Shown piece by piece: positions 31,274 through 40,807 of a stretch of 64,000 nucleotides of DNA; the stretch's first letter is position 1, and every line of letters begins with the position of its first letter. Source of the stretch: Eubacteriales bacterium (GTDB taxonomy: Bacteria > Bacillota > Clostridia > Christensenellales > Aristaeellaceae). Location of the stretch: the NCBI GenBank assembly GCA_031548115.1, contig JAVBRJ010000004.1:8181-72180 (forward strand). Direction: 5' to 3'. The notes under the pieces are model-generated. The model was not told the DNA's origin. It worked only from the letters and a program-made list of their open reading frames with translations, and ran no database searches. The translations under genes and the position numbers were made by a program.

Positions 31274-32452
31274 CTACGAGCCCAGCAAGCTTTGGCCAAA
31301 GGCAAACAGCACCTCGTTGATCTCAAAAATATTGTACTTGTGCTCCGTAATAAAATAGGTAACGATCACGTCCAGCTTATGGCTTTGGGACAGCGTATAG
31401 CCTGCCGTCTTTAGCAGATCCAGCGTATCATCCAGGGAAAGCTCCAGGGCGACGGCAAAGGCCAGGGCAGTATTCTTGCCGGGATGATAGCGCAGGTTAG
31501 ACCGTATCTTGGAAAAGAGCCGGCGGTCCACATTGGCGCGCTTGTACACCTCGGCATCGCTTTTTCCCCGCTCGTCAATAAGCCGTAAAAGCCGGCTGGT
31601 AAAGGTCTCCTCCAGTTGCTCCAGCCTGCGGCGCAGGCCACCTGGCACCGCAGCCATGGGTCTGATCCCACTTTGAAGCGATCTGACCCGCTCTTCAAAC
31701 GATTCCTCAAACGCCCCCTCAAACGCCTCGTCACACGGCTCGTCAAAAGGGAACGCCTGAAACGGCTCGGCATTTTGCTTCGTATCATAAAGGGACATTT
31801 CGCAGGGAGGGTCGTCCCCATAATATGGCCTCAAGCTGTGTACATCAAGGGTCGTTTTTCTTTGCGCTGCCCCGCCGGATGCCTTGGGTGCACTGCAATA
31901 TTCCGGCTTTTCATAACGGGGGGCTTCATAATGCTCATCAATATACGCTTGAATGTCGCTTTGCAGCGCCGCGCTCAAGGCAAAGGCCCGTCTATCAAAG
32001 ACCACCAGCCAAACTTCCATGTCACTGTCCAGCAGAAAATCCTCTATGGCCGCTATGGCCACCTCCAGCGCCAGCGCGTTGGGATAGCCATTGATGCCTG
32101 CTGAGATCAGCGGAAAGGCAATAGAACTCAGGCCCTTTTCTTGGGCCAGCGCTAAGGCGTTCTTATAGCAGGCGTAAAGCAACTCCCGCTCGCCTTGCTC
32201 TCCGCCCTGCCACACTGGGCCCACCGTATGGATAATAAACCTGGCGTGCAACCTGTAGCCCTTGGTGATGACCCCTTGCCCTGTTTCGCATCTGCCGATC
32301 CTCCGGCATGCCCACCGGAGCCGATACCGCCCCGCAGCCTCAAAAATAGCGCCGCTGACCCCTCCATCAGGCCGAAGCTCATGGTTGCCTGGGCTAACGA
32401 TGGCATCCTCCCAGCGCTTGGTAATATCGCCGTGGACAATGGTAAACGGCAT
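31274..32452 (-). CDS. Macro domain (MacroD/YmdB-like) protein fused to a C-terminal HTH domain
   Basis: The N-terminal 160 aa carries GDIT...DAIVSPGN...GGVSGAIFEAAG...IIHTVGPVWQGGEQGERELL...SIAFPLISAGINGYP. An acidic linker follows. The C-terminal part LLRLIDERGKSDAEVYKRANVDRRLFSKIRSN...ALAFAVALELSLDDTLDLLKTAGY is XRE-like. Confidence 0.85.
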   Translation of the reverse strand: MPFTIVHGDITKRWEDAIVSPGNHELRPDGGVSGAIFEAAGRYRLRWACRRIGRCETGQGVITKGYRLHARFIIHTVGPVWQGGEQGERELLYACYKNALALAQEKGLSSIAFPLISAGINGYPNALALEVAIAAIEDFLLDSDMEVWLVVFDRRAFALSAALQSDIQAYIDEHYEAPRYEKPEYCSAPKASGGAAQRKTTLDVHSLRPYYGDDPPCEMSLYDTKQNAEPFQAFPFDEPCDEAFEGAFEESFEERVRSLQSGIRPMAAVPGGLRRRLEQLEETFTSRLLRLIDERGKSDAEVYKRANVDRRLFSKIRSNLRYHPGKNTALAFAVALELSLDDTLDLLKTAGYTLSQSHKLDVIVTYFITEHKYNIFEINEVLFAFGQSLLGS

Positions 32453-32516
32453 AAAAGTTCCTCCTTAAAAAGCCCTGTTCCATAAAGGAAACAGGGCGAT
32501 ACCCCGGCGCGCAAAA

Positions 32517-33137
32517 TTACTGTTTATGGATAAAGACTTCCAATACATCCGCCACATCCGCAGCCTTCATGTGATCCGTTCGAAGCATCAGGTCGTAATT
32601 GCTCCGGTGGCCCCAATTGCCATCGGCAAAAAAATTGTAGTAATTTTGCCGCTGCTTATCCACCTTGCGCACCTGCTCCTTGGCCTTATCCTGGGTCAGG
32701 CCTTCCTTTTCCATAATGCGCTGGATGCGGGCCTCCACGCTGGCATACAGGAAGATGTTGATAACGTCATTGCGCTCTCTGAGCACATAGTCCGCGCAGC
32801 GGCCCACGATCAGGCAGGGGCCCTCATCCGCTATCCGAGTAATGGCATCAAACTGTGCCAAAAATATGCGATGATTAAGGGGCAGGCTCATGCCCAGGCT
32901 GGCCCCTTCCGCCGTCATCGACAGGCTAGCGCCCAGGGACAGCAGGTACGCGGACTGCGCCTTTTCATCGTAATGCTCGAACAGGTCCTCGCAGATGCCG
33001 CTGTTTTTGGCTGCCAGGGTCAATATTTCCTTGTCATAAAATGGAAGCGCTAATTTTTCTGCCAAAATCTTTGCGATCTCATGACCGCCGCTTCCATACT
33101 CCCGGCCAATGGTAACCACCCTTTTACCGGTGTCCAT
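32517..33137 (-). CDS. Cytidylate kinase-like family protein (P-loop NTPase)
   Basis: Start ATG 33137 lies behind GAGGTGAGG. VVTIGREYGSGGHEIAKILAEKLALPFYDKE is typical of the Cytidylate_kin2 family. Confidence 0.8.
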   Translation of the reverse strand: MDTGKRVVTIGREYGSGGHEIAKILAEKLALPFYDKEILTLAAKNSGICEDLFEHYDEKAQSAYLLSLGASLSMTAEGASLGMSLPLNHRIFLAQFDAITRIADEGPCLIVGRCADYVLRERNDVINIFLYASVEARIQRIMEKEGLTQDKAKEQVRKVDKQRQNYYNFFADGNWGHRSNYDLMLRTDHMKAADVADVLEVFIHKQ

Positions 33138-33240
33138 TTTCCTCACCTCTTCAATTAATCATACTACAAACGGCTTTCTATGCGATCAGTATACAACAAA
33201 TTGCGCCGGGGTTCAAGTTTTCTCATCATATTATAAAGAT

Positions 33241-33269
33241 TTGACAATCCCCTCCCGCACTGGTAAAAT
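33241..33269 (+). promoter_or_regulatory. Promoter of guaB
   Basis: TTGACA, 17-nt spacer ending in TGG, TAAAAT. Confidence 0.6.
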
Positions 33270-33299
33270 AGGCGCAATCTAAGGAATAGGAAAGGATGA

Positions 33300-34769
<1,470 letters not shown>

Positions 34770-34782
34770 GCTTACTAAGATC

Positions 34783-34816
34783 AAAAAGGGCGCTGACCGA
34801 TCGGCCAGCGCCCTTT
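34783..34816. terminator. Bidirectional terminator hairpin
   Basis: GGGCGCTG (34788-34795) pairs with CAGCGCCC (34806-34813), flanked by A5 and T3. It sits between convergent guaB and the 34829-35833 gene. Confidence 0.6.
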
Positions 34817-34828
34817 ACCTATCCTCTA

Positions 34829-35833
34829 TCAATTTCCAAATGGGCTGATCATCAGCAGTGCCCGCTGGCGATCCTTCACCACCATGGATATGGCGTATAT
34901 CTCATACTCCAGGCTCGTGCTCCGCTCCGGGCCTGCATCCGCCGCCGCAAGCCCCGCTTCCAGCTGCTCCAGGAGCATATCCGCCCTTTCGCTGTTCACC
35001 GTGGGATCTGCTGCGATAAGCATGTAGCGCTCCAGCTCTCTCACCACGGCATAATAGGGCGACGCTTCATCCACATTTACGCCATAGCCCAGGAATATAT
35101 CTCCCAGATATATTTCCAGCCACCACACCTGCGGCAGTATCTCCCACATTTGCTGCATACCCACATCCACATCGGATGTCTTCAGCGGCTCGTCCGCCAC
35201 GGGGAACTCAAGCATCTTAAGGATCGACAGGAAGCGGCTATAGGTGTTGTCGATCCGCGCCGTGCAGCCGTTGATGGGCTCCGTCTGCGGGATATCCGCA
35301 GGCATGATGAACAGCGTAGGGCCATCCCCCTGGTCCAGGGTCGTCAGCGTCAGCAGCCACCGCCCATACTGTATCCGGGCCACATTGGCGCCCTCCGCCA
35401 CCTCTTCCAAGCTGAACAGCAGCTCTTGCACCAGCTCATAGGCAACGGCCTCGGTCAGCGCAGGCTCCATCGCCTGCACAAAGCAGAGCATAAACATCCA
35501 CATATGGTTATTCTGGAAGGCCTCTGTGCTTTGGGAGGTAACGATGTACATGGGTTGCTCCCCGTACTGGGGCAGATAGAGGGCCGACACGCTCAGACCC
35601 TCAATGGGGGTATAGTTAACGGTCTGCTCTTTGGGCCCAGGCACGTAGGGCGCAAAGACGAAAAGCCCATTCTGGTTTTGTATTTCACAGAATGCTTCAA
35701 AGCTCCTCGCGGCCTCATCCATAAACGCTTGCGGCACAGCCTCCGCCTCTACGATCACTTCCGCCACCCCTGAAAGCATAGCCCCTATCCCGATCAGCAG
35801 AACCATCACGAACGCCATAAACCGCTTTGCCAT
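34829..35833 (-). CDS. Secreted or membrane-anchored protein of unknown function (334 aa)
   Basis: The N-terminal hydrophobic segment is MAKRFMAFVMVLLIGIGAMLSGVA. I recognise no family. Confidence 0.55.
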   Translation of the reverse strand: MAKRFMAFVMVLLIGIGAMLSGVAEVIVEAEAVPQAFMDEAARSFEAFCEIQNQNGLFVFAPYVPGPKEQTVNYTPIEGLSVSALYLPQYGEQPMYIVTSQSTEAFQNNHMWMFMLCFVQAMEPALTEAVAYELVQELLFSLEEVAEGANVARIQYGRWLLTLTTLDQGDGPTLFIMPADIPQTEPINGCTARIDNTYSRFLSILKMLEFPVADEPLKTSDVDVGMQQMWEILPQVWWLEIYLGDIFLGYGVNVDEASPYYAVVRELERYMLIAADPTVNSERADMLLEQLEAGLAAADAGPERSTSLEYEIYAISMVVKDRQRALLMISPFGN

Positions 35834-35927
35834 TTGTGCACCCTCTTCCTTTTAGGCTAGAGAAAACGATTGCTGGTCTACAGCTTGCCTTATATTTCTA
35901 TGAATGTGCAAGGCTTTGCCGTCAGAT

Positions 35928-36245
35928 TTATTCTTTTTCCTGTGAAAACTCCAGCATCGTATCATAGATAATGCGTTTTTGCTCTGGTGATAAGGTGCCC
36001 CAGAGGGTCAGCGTTTTTATTTGCTCTGAGGTAAGCACTACCGCTTCCCCTTCCTCCGCAAAGAATTGAGCTACGGTAATGCCAAAGGCATTGCAAATAG
36101 CTTCAATGGTAGTATAGCTTGGAGCATTGTTTCTGCGAAACATATGCGAAATGGTAGATTGCGACACATCCGCCATCTTTGCCAATTTGTATTCCGACCA
36201 GCCCATTTGCTCCATCCGTTGACGAACCCGCTCCTGAATGGTCAT
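35928..36245 (-). CDS. XRE family HTH transcriptional regulator
   Basis: Start ATG 36245 lies behind GGAGGG. The HTH is MGWSEYKLAKMADVSQSTISHMFRRNNAPSYTTIEAICNAFGITVAQFF. Confidence 0.85.
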   Translation of the reverse strand: MTIQERVRQRMEQMGWSEYKLAKMADVSQSTISHMFRRNNAPSYTTIEAICNAFGITVAQFFAEEGEAVVLTSEQIKTLTLWGTLSPEQKRIIYDTMLEFSQEKE

Positions 36246-36350
36246 AATACCGCCCTCCATGCAACTATTATAGATTGCAAAAGGATTGCAAAACAGTTGC
36301 ATTGGGTATCGTTATTATAGTACAATTGGACTATATATATTTAGGAGGAA

Positions 36351-36659
36351 ATGAGGATGGACTACACCGCACTAGGCCAGCGCATACGCACCCAGCGTAC
36401 CGCCTTGAAGCTGACGCAACGGGACCTGGCCGAAAGAACCAACACTTCTACCAGCTTTATTGGTCATGTGGAGCGGGGTACCCGCAAGGCCAGTTTGGAA
36501 ACTTTGATACAGATCGCTAATGCGCTAGCTATGCACACGGACGAGCTGTTACAGGATTCCCTGCAATCGTTTATTCCGATAAAAAATATAAGCGATGCGG
36601 AACGTGCCTTTTTGGCAGCCGTCCTGCAAGCGCTTAGGTCGTATAGTTCCAGAAGATAA
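36351..36659 (+). CDS. XRE family HTH transcriptional regulator
   Basis: LGQRIRTQRTALKLTQRDLAERTNTSTSFIGHVERGTRKASLETLIQIANAL. RBS TTAGGAGGAAATG. The gene is divergent from the previous gene. Confidence 0.85.
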   Translation: MRMDYTALGQRIRTQRTALKLTQRDLAERTNTSTSFIGHVERGTRKASLETLIQIANALAMHTDELLQDSLQSFIPIKNISDAERAFLAAVLQALRSYSSRR

Positions 36660-36782
36660 GGATCCATCGGCGAAGTCGAGGGTATAGCAATATCATCAAA
36701 TTCGATATAGACTCCCAAATTGTTTCTTATATGCCGTTGATATATATGCCGTATACTTTACTATATTTTCGGGGGTGATTTC

Positions 36783-37046
36783 TTGATCCAAAAAATGCTG
36801 GGCGAGCGGATCCAAAGCCTTCGTAAAGAAACTGGCCTTAGCCAAGAAAAATTTGCGCTAAAAATTGAGATGGATAGAACATACTTTGCTTCCGTAGAAG
36901 CAGGAAAGAGGAATATTGCTATCCAAAATATCAAAAAGATTGCTGATGGGCATAGACAAGCCAACTTACAACGTCCCTTTTATACTAACGCTAATGGGTG
37001 CAGTTACTCCGCCCCTGCCTTCCCTTCCTACTTCCACATCCCGTAA
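36783..37046 (+). CDS. Short XRE family HTH protein with an atypical C-terminal tail
   Basis: TTG start. The HTH is LGERIQSLRKETGLSQEKFALKIEMDRTYFASVEAGKRNIAIQNIKKIADG. The last 30 aa are low-information and overlap the 3' end of convergent nadE by 19 nt, so the gene may be degenerate. Confidence 0.5.
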   Translation: MIQKMLGERIQSLRKETGLSQEKFALKIEMDRTYFASVEAGKRNIAIQNIKKIADGHRQANLQRPFYTNANGCSYSAPAFPSYFHIP

Positions 37047-38923
37047 CCCATATCGCTGGGCATCCGCAGGTCCCCCCTGGGGGAAAGCCCGATGCTGCCC
37101 ACCTTGGGGCCATCCGGCACACAGTTCCGCTTGAACTGCTGGGTAAAAAACCTGCGAATAAAGGTCCCCAGCTGCTCGTGTATCTTCTCCGCCCCATAGA
37201 CCCCGTCAAAGGCCTGGGCCGCCAGCATTTCCAAGCGCTCGGGCGCGCTGCCGCTGTCCATCATGTGGTAGAGAAAGAAATCATGCAGGGCGTAATCGCC
37301 CAGGATATCCTCCGTCCGCTGGCTCAGCTCGCCCTGCGTAACGGGCAGCAGCTCCGGGCTGATGGGCGTATCCACGATATCCAGGCATACTTCCCCCGCT
37401 GCGCCGCTAAAGCGGGTCTCCGCCAGATGCCGCACCAGGGTCTTAACGAGGGTCTTGGGCACGGAGCAATTGACATTGTACATGCTCATGTGGTCGCCGT
37501 TGTAGGTGCAAAAGCCCAGGGCGGCCTCGCTCATGTCCCCGGTGCCCAGCACGATGCCGTTCACCTTGTTGGCGTAATCCATCAGTATTTGTGTCCGCTC
37601 CCGGGCCTGGCTGTTCTCATAGGTCACATCGTGGACACTTTCGTCCTGGCCGATGTCCTCAAAATGCTGCAGCACCGCCTTGGCAATGGATATCTCCGAT
37701 GCCTCCACCTTAAGGGCCTCCATCAGCGCATCGGCATTGCCCTTGGTGCGGGCGCCGGTGCCCATGCCGGGCATAGTGATGGCGTGGATGCCCTTGCGGT
37801 CATAGCCTAGCTCGTCATAGGCCAGCACGGCGATCAGCAGCGCCAGCGTACTGTCCAGCCCGCCGGAAACGCCGATCACCAGGTCCTTACAGGAAATAGC
37901 GGTGAGGCGGGTCTTAAGGCCGCTGACCTGAATATTCACGATCTCGTCCAGCTGCTCCGCCGCCGCAGGCCCTTGGGGCACAAAGGGCAGGGGCTCCAGC
38001 CGCCGCCTAAGGGGCAGGGGCTGCACAGCTGAGCCGTCCATATATACGGTCTTCATGCTGATGCAGGTCTCCTGGGGCTGCTGGTAAAAGCTGCCGTTGC
38101 GCTGGCGGTGGAACCGCAGCCGCAGCACGTCGATATCCGCAATAGCCTGCCCGCCGTCCATCTGGAAGCGGGGGCCTTGCGAAAGGGCCCGGCCATTTTC
38201 ATATACTCCGGTATAGCCGCAAAAGACCAGGTCGCTTGTGCTTTCCCCAAAGCCCGCGCAGGCATAGGCGTAGCCCGCATATAGCCGCGCGCTTTGCTGG
38301 GCCAGCAGCGCCTGGCGGTAGGGATGCTTGCCCACCAATGCGTTGGAGGCGCTGGGGTTCACAATGATATCCGCGCCCATAATGGCGTAGTGGGAGCTAG
38401 GGGGAATGGGGGTCCACAGGTCCTCGCAGATTTCCACGGCAAAGCGGAAATCCCCCATGTCAAACAGCAGCGCCGGGGCAAAGGGGACCTGCTCCCCCTC
38501 CAACAGGGCAAAACCGCCTGTGGCCTGACAGCCGCTGACGAACCACCGGGTCTCGTAAAACTCATTGCCGTTGGGCAGGAAGGTCTTGGGCACGATGCCC
38601 CGCACCTGGCCGCCTTTCAGTACAGCGGCGCAGTTGTACAGCCGTCCGTCTGCGCTAAAGGGCAGACCAATGACCACCGCCATATTTTCTGTTGCCCTGG
38701 CGATGCGCACGAGGGCCTCCCGGCAGCGGCGCTGCACCAGCTCGTGGAGGAACAGGTCCCCCAGGGTATAGCCGGTCAGGCATAATTCAGGAAAGACCGC
38801 TACCTCCACCCCTTGTGCCTGGAGGGCTTTCATAGCGGTCAACACTTCCTGTTCATTTTTCTCAACGTCCCCCAGATGCACCCGCAGGCTGGCGGAGGCG
38901 ATCCTGGCAAAGCCTTGATTCAT
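37028..38923 (-). CDS. nadE: Glutamine-dependent NAD+ synthetase
   Basis: 631 aa. The N-terminal CN-hydrolase domain contains VAVFPELCLTGY. The C-terminal synthetase domain contains the PP-loop GVSGGLDSTL. Confidence 0.95.
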   Translation of the reverse strand: MNQGFARIASASLRVHLGDVEKNEQEVLTAMKALQAQGVEVAVFPELCLTGYTLGDLFLHELVQRRCREALVRIARATENMAVVIGLPFSADGRLYNCAAVLKGGQVRGIVPKTFLPNGNEFYETRWFVSGCQATGGFALLEGEQVPFAPALLFDMGDFRFAVEICEDLWTPIPPSSHYAIMGADIIVNPSASNALVGKHPYRQALLAQQSARLYAGYAYACAGFGESTSDLVFCGYTGVYENGRALSQGPRFQMDGGQAIADIDVLRLRFHRQRNGSFYQQPQETCISMKTVYMDGSAVQPLPLRRRLEPLPFVPQGPAAAEQLDEIVNIQVSGLKTRLTAISCKDLVIGVSGGLDSTLALLIAVLAYDELGYDRKGIHAITMPGMGTGARTKGNADALMEALKVEASEISIAKAVLQHFEDIGQDESVHDVTYENSQARERTQILMDYANKVNGIVLGTGDMSEAALGFCTYNGDHMSMYNVNCSVPKTLVKTLVRHLAETRFSGAAGEVCLDIVDTPISPELLPVTQGELSQRTEDILGDYALHDFFLYHMMDSGSAPERLEMLAAQAFDGVYGAEKIHEQLGTFIRRFFTQQFKRNCVPDGPKVGSIGLSPRGDLRMPSDMGYGMWK

Positions 38924-39001
38924 ATAGCGTCCTCCCCATATGTACGAAGGGATCCCAAAGGGCCATAGCCCTTTGGCAGGGCCTGAGCCAGCGGCCCAGT
39001 G

Positions 39002-39994
39002 CTATCTCACCTTGATGAGCATGGTCTTTTGCTCGTCCATTTCCACGGCCAGCATTCCGTCCTTTTCCAGGGCCTTCAGCACATCGCTGAACCGCTTGTA
39101 CCCCAAGGTGCGCTCTGCAAAATCCGGATAGGCAGCCTGCACATCCGCCTTCAAAATGCTGGGATTGATCCGCTCAAACCCATCCTCCTTGTAGCGGCAC
39201 AGCTGCTCCCGGAAGGCTTCCTTCCAGTTTTCCTTGGTCAGCTGGGGCGCAGCCTCCTTGCCCTGCTGGGCCACAGAGACCATGATGTTGAAATTATCGC
39301 TGCGGACCCTAAGGGTGCTAAACTTCTGCCCCAGCTTGTCCAGGAGCTTGAGGAAGGTGGCGCAGCCGTAAGCCTTTTCGTTAAAATCCGGCCGCAAGCG
39401 CAGCAGAATGCCTTTCAGCTCGCTGGCGTACAGCTCGTCCTTGTCGGTCTGCTCTTCCAAAATGCTGGTGAGCATTTTGTTCAGCTCCTGCTCGTCCAAG
39501 GGCTCCTTGTCGGCGGCGTTCTGCTTTTTCTTAGCAGGGGTGCTGCGGGTGCGTCCGCCTACGTTCTCCAAAAACTGGAATTCGTTACAGGCGTTGATGA
39601 AAATATTACTGGCAGCCTCGGAGCGGCTGATGCCCAGCACGAACTTGCCCATGCTTTTCAGGCGGCCTACCAGCGGGGTATAGTCGCTGTCGCCGGAAAC
39701 GATGCAAAAGCTGTCGATAAGCGGGTTGGTATATGCCACCTCCAGCGCGTCCAGCACCAGCAAAATATCTGCGTTGTTCTTCTGGCTGATGCCATAGCGC
39801 AGGCTGGGGACCACAGTGAAGGTGTTGGACAAAAGGACCTCTTTCAGGTCGCTGAACTGGTCGGTATAGCCATATACCTTGCCCAGCAAAATATCCCCTC
39901 GGATCTTGACTTTTTCAAGCACGCTTAAAAGCGTTGCGACCTTTGCGCCGCAGTTCTCCAGATCCACAAATAGGGCAAAACGAGATGTACTCAG
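39002..39994 (-). CDS. NYN (LabA-like) nuclease domain protein with OST-HTH/LOTUS domains
   Basis: NYN acidic motifs are FVDLENC and CIVSGDSDYTPLV. Two LOTUS-like segments follow (LKGILLRLRPDFNEKAYGCATFLKLL, PDFAERTLGYKRFSDVLKAL). The ORF track starts at GTG 39967 with no SD. I extend to CTG 39994, which lies 6 nt after GAAGAGG and restores the first beta strand RFALFVD. The start remains uncertain. Confidence 0.75.
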   Translation of the reverse strand: MSTSRFALFVDLENCGAKVATLLSVLEKVKIRGDILLGKVYGYTDQFSDLKEVLLSNTFTVVPSLRYGISQKNNADILLVLDALEVAYTNPLIDSFCIVSGDSDYTPLVGRLKSMGKFVLGISRSEAASNIFINACNEFQFLENVGGRTRSTPAKKKQNAADKEPLDEQELNKMLTSILEEQTDKDELYASELKGILLRLRPDFNEKAYGCATFLKLLDKLGQKFSTLRVRSDNFNIMVSVAQQGKEAAPQLTKENWKEAFREQLCRYKEDGFERINPSILKADVQAAYPDFAERTLGYKRFSDVLKALEKDGMLAVEMDEQKTMLIKVR

Positions 39995-40019
39995 GGAAAA
40001 CCTCTTCTTTCTGACCGCA

Positions 40020-40736
40020 TCAAATGCGGAAGGTAAATTTATCGCCGCGTATCCATTGGCGGCTGGTGTGGAGGGGCTGCTCCTGCTGGTCCATAACGGT
40101 CTCGTCCAGGATCAGCAGCGCCTCTCCCAGGGCGGTGCCCAGATGCCTGCTTACCAGCGGCGTGGCATGGCCCAAGGAAATATCGTGGGTGGCATGGCTG
40201 GGGATGAAGCCCTGGCTGCGCAAAAGGGGATACAGCGAGGCGTTCAGGTTCTCCTGCTCCAAAAACGCAAAGCGGGACCCAAACCGGTTGATCTCCAGCA
40301 TGACGGGCTCGCCGTCGCAAAGGCGCACCCGGCAGACCTCCAGCACTTCCTCGCCCTCCTGGGCCCCAAGCTTTTCCACATCGTCCGGCTGCGCGGCCTC
40401 CCGGGTCACGCTGATCAGCTTGGTCCCGGCCGTGCGGCCCATGTTGCGGCAGGCATCAGAAAAGCTGGTGATGTGCTGCAGGTCCCGTTGCAGGCGCTTG
40501 TCCGCCACAAAGGTGCCCTTGCCCTGCCGGCGCACCAGCAGCCCCTCCTGCACCAGGTCCAGGAGGGCCTTGCGCACGGTGACCCGGCTGACCCCGTAGG
40601 TCTCGCACAGCAGCTGCTCGCTGGGTATGCGCCCGCCAGGGGGATATACGCCCGCAATGATATCGTTTTTAAGCCGAAGCATCAACTGTTGATACAACGG
40701 GCTCTGGCTTCTTTTTTCGAGCAAACTATCCTGCAT
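40020..40736 (-). CDS. GntR family regulator, HutC subfamily (UTRA effector domain)
   Basis: Start is ATG 40736. The wHTH is PLYQQLMLRLKNDIIAGVYPPGGRIPSEQLLCETYGVSRVTVRKALLDLVQEGLLVRRQGKGTFV, followed by a UTRA-like C-terminus. Confidence 0.9.
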   Translation of the reverse strand: MQDSLLEKRSQSPLYQQLMLRLKNDIIAGVYPPGGRIPSEQLLCETYGVSRVTVRKALLDLVQEGLLVRRQGKGTFVADKRLQRDLQHITSFSDACRNMGRTAGTKLISVTREAAQPDDVEKLGAQEGEEVLEVCRVRLCDGEPVMLEINRFGSRFAFLEQENLNASLYPLLRSQGFIPSHATHDISLGHATPLVSRHLGTALGEALLILDETVMDQQEQPLHTSRQWIRGDKFTFRI

Positions 40737-40807
40737 TGGCTCTCCCCCTATCCGTTTGGTATTAGTATATCCTAAAACCCGTTCCAGGGCAACCGCCGCT
40801 TGCGCGG

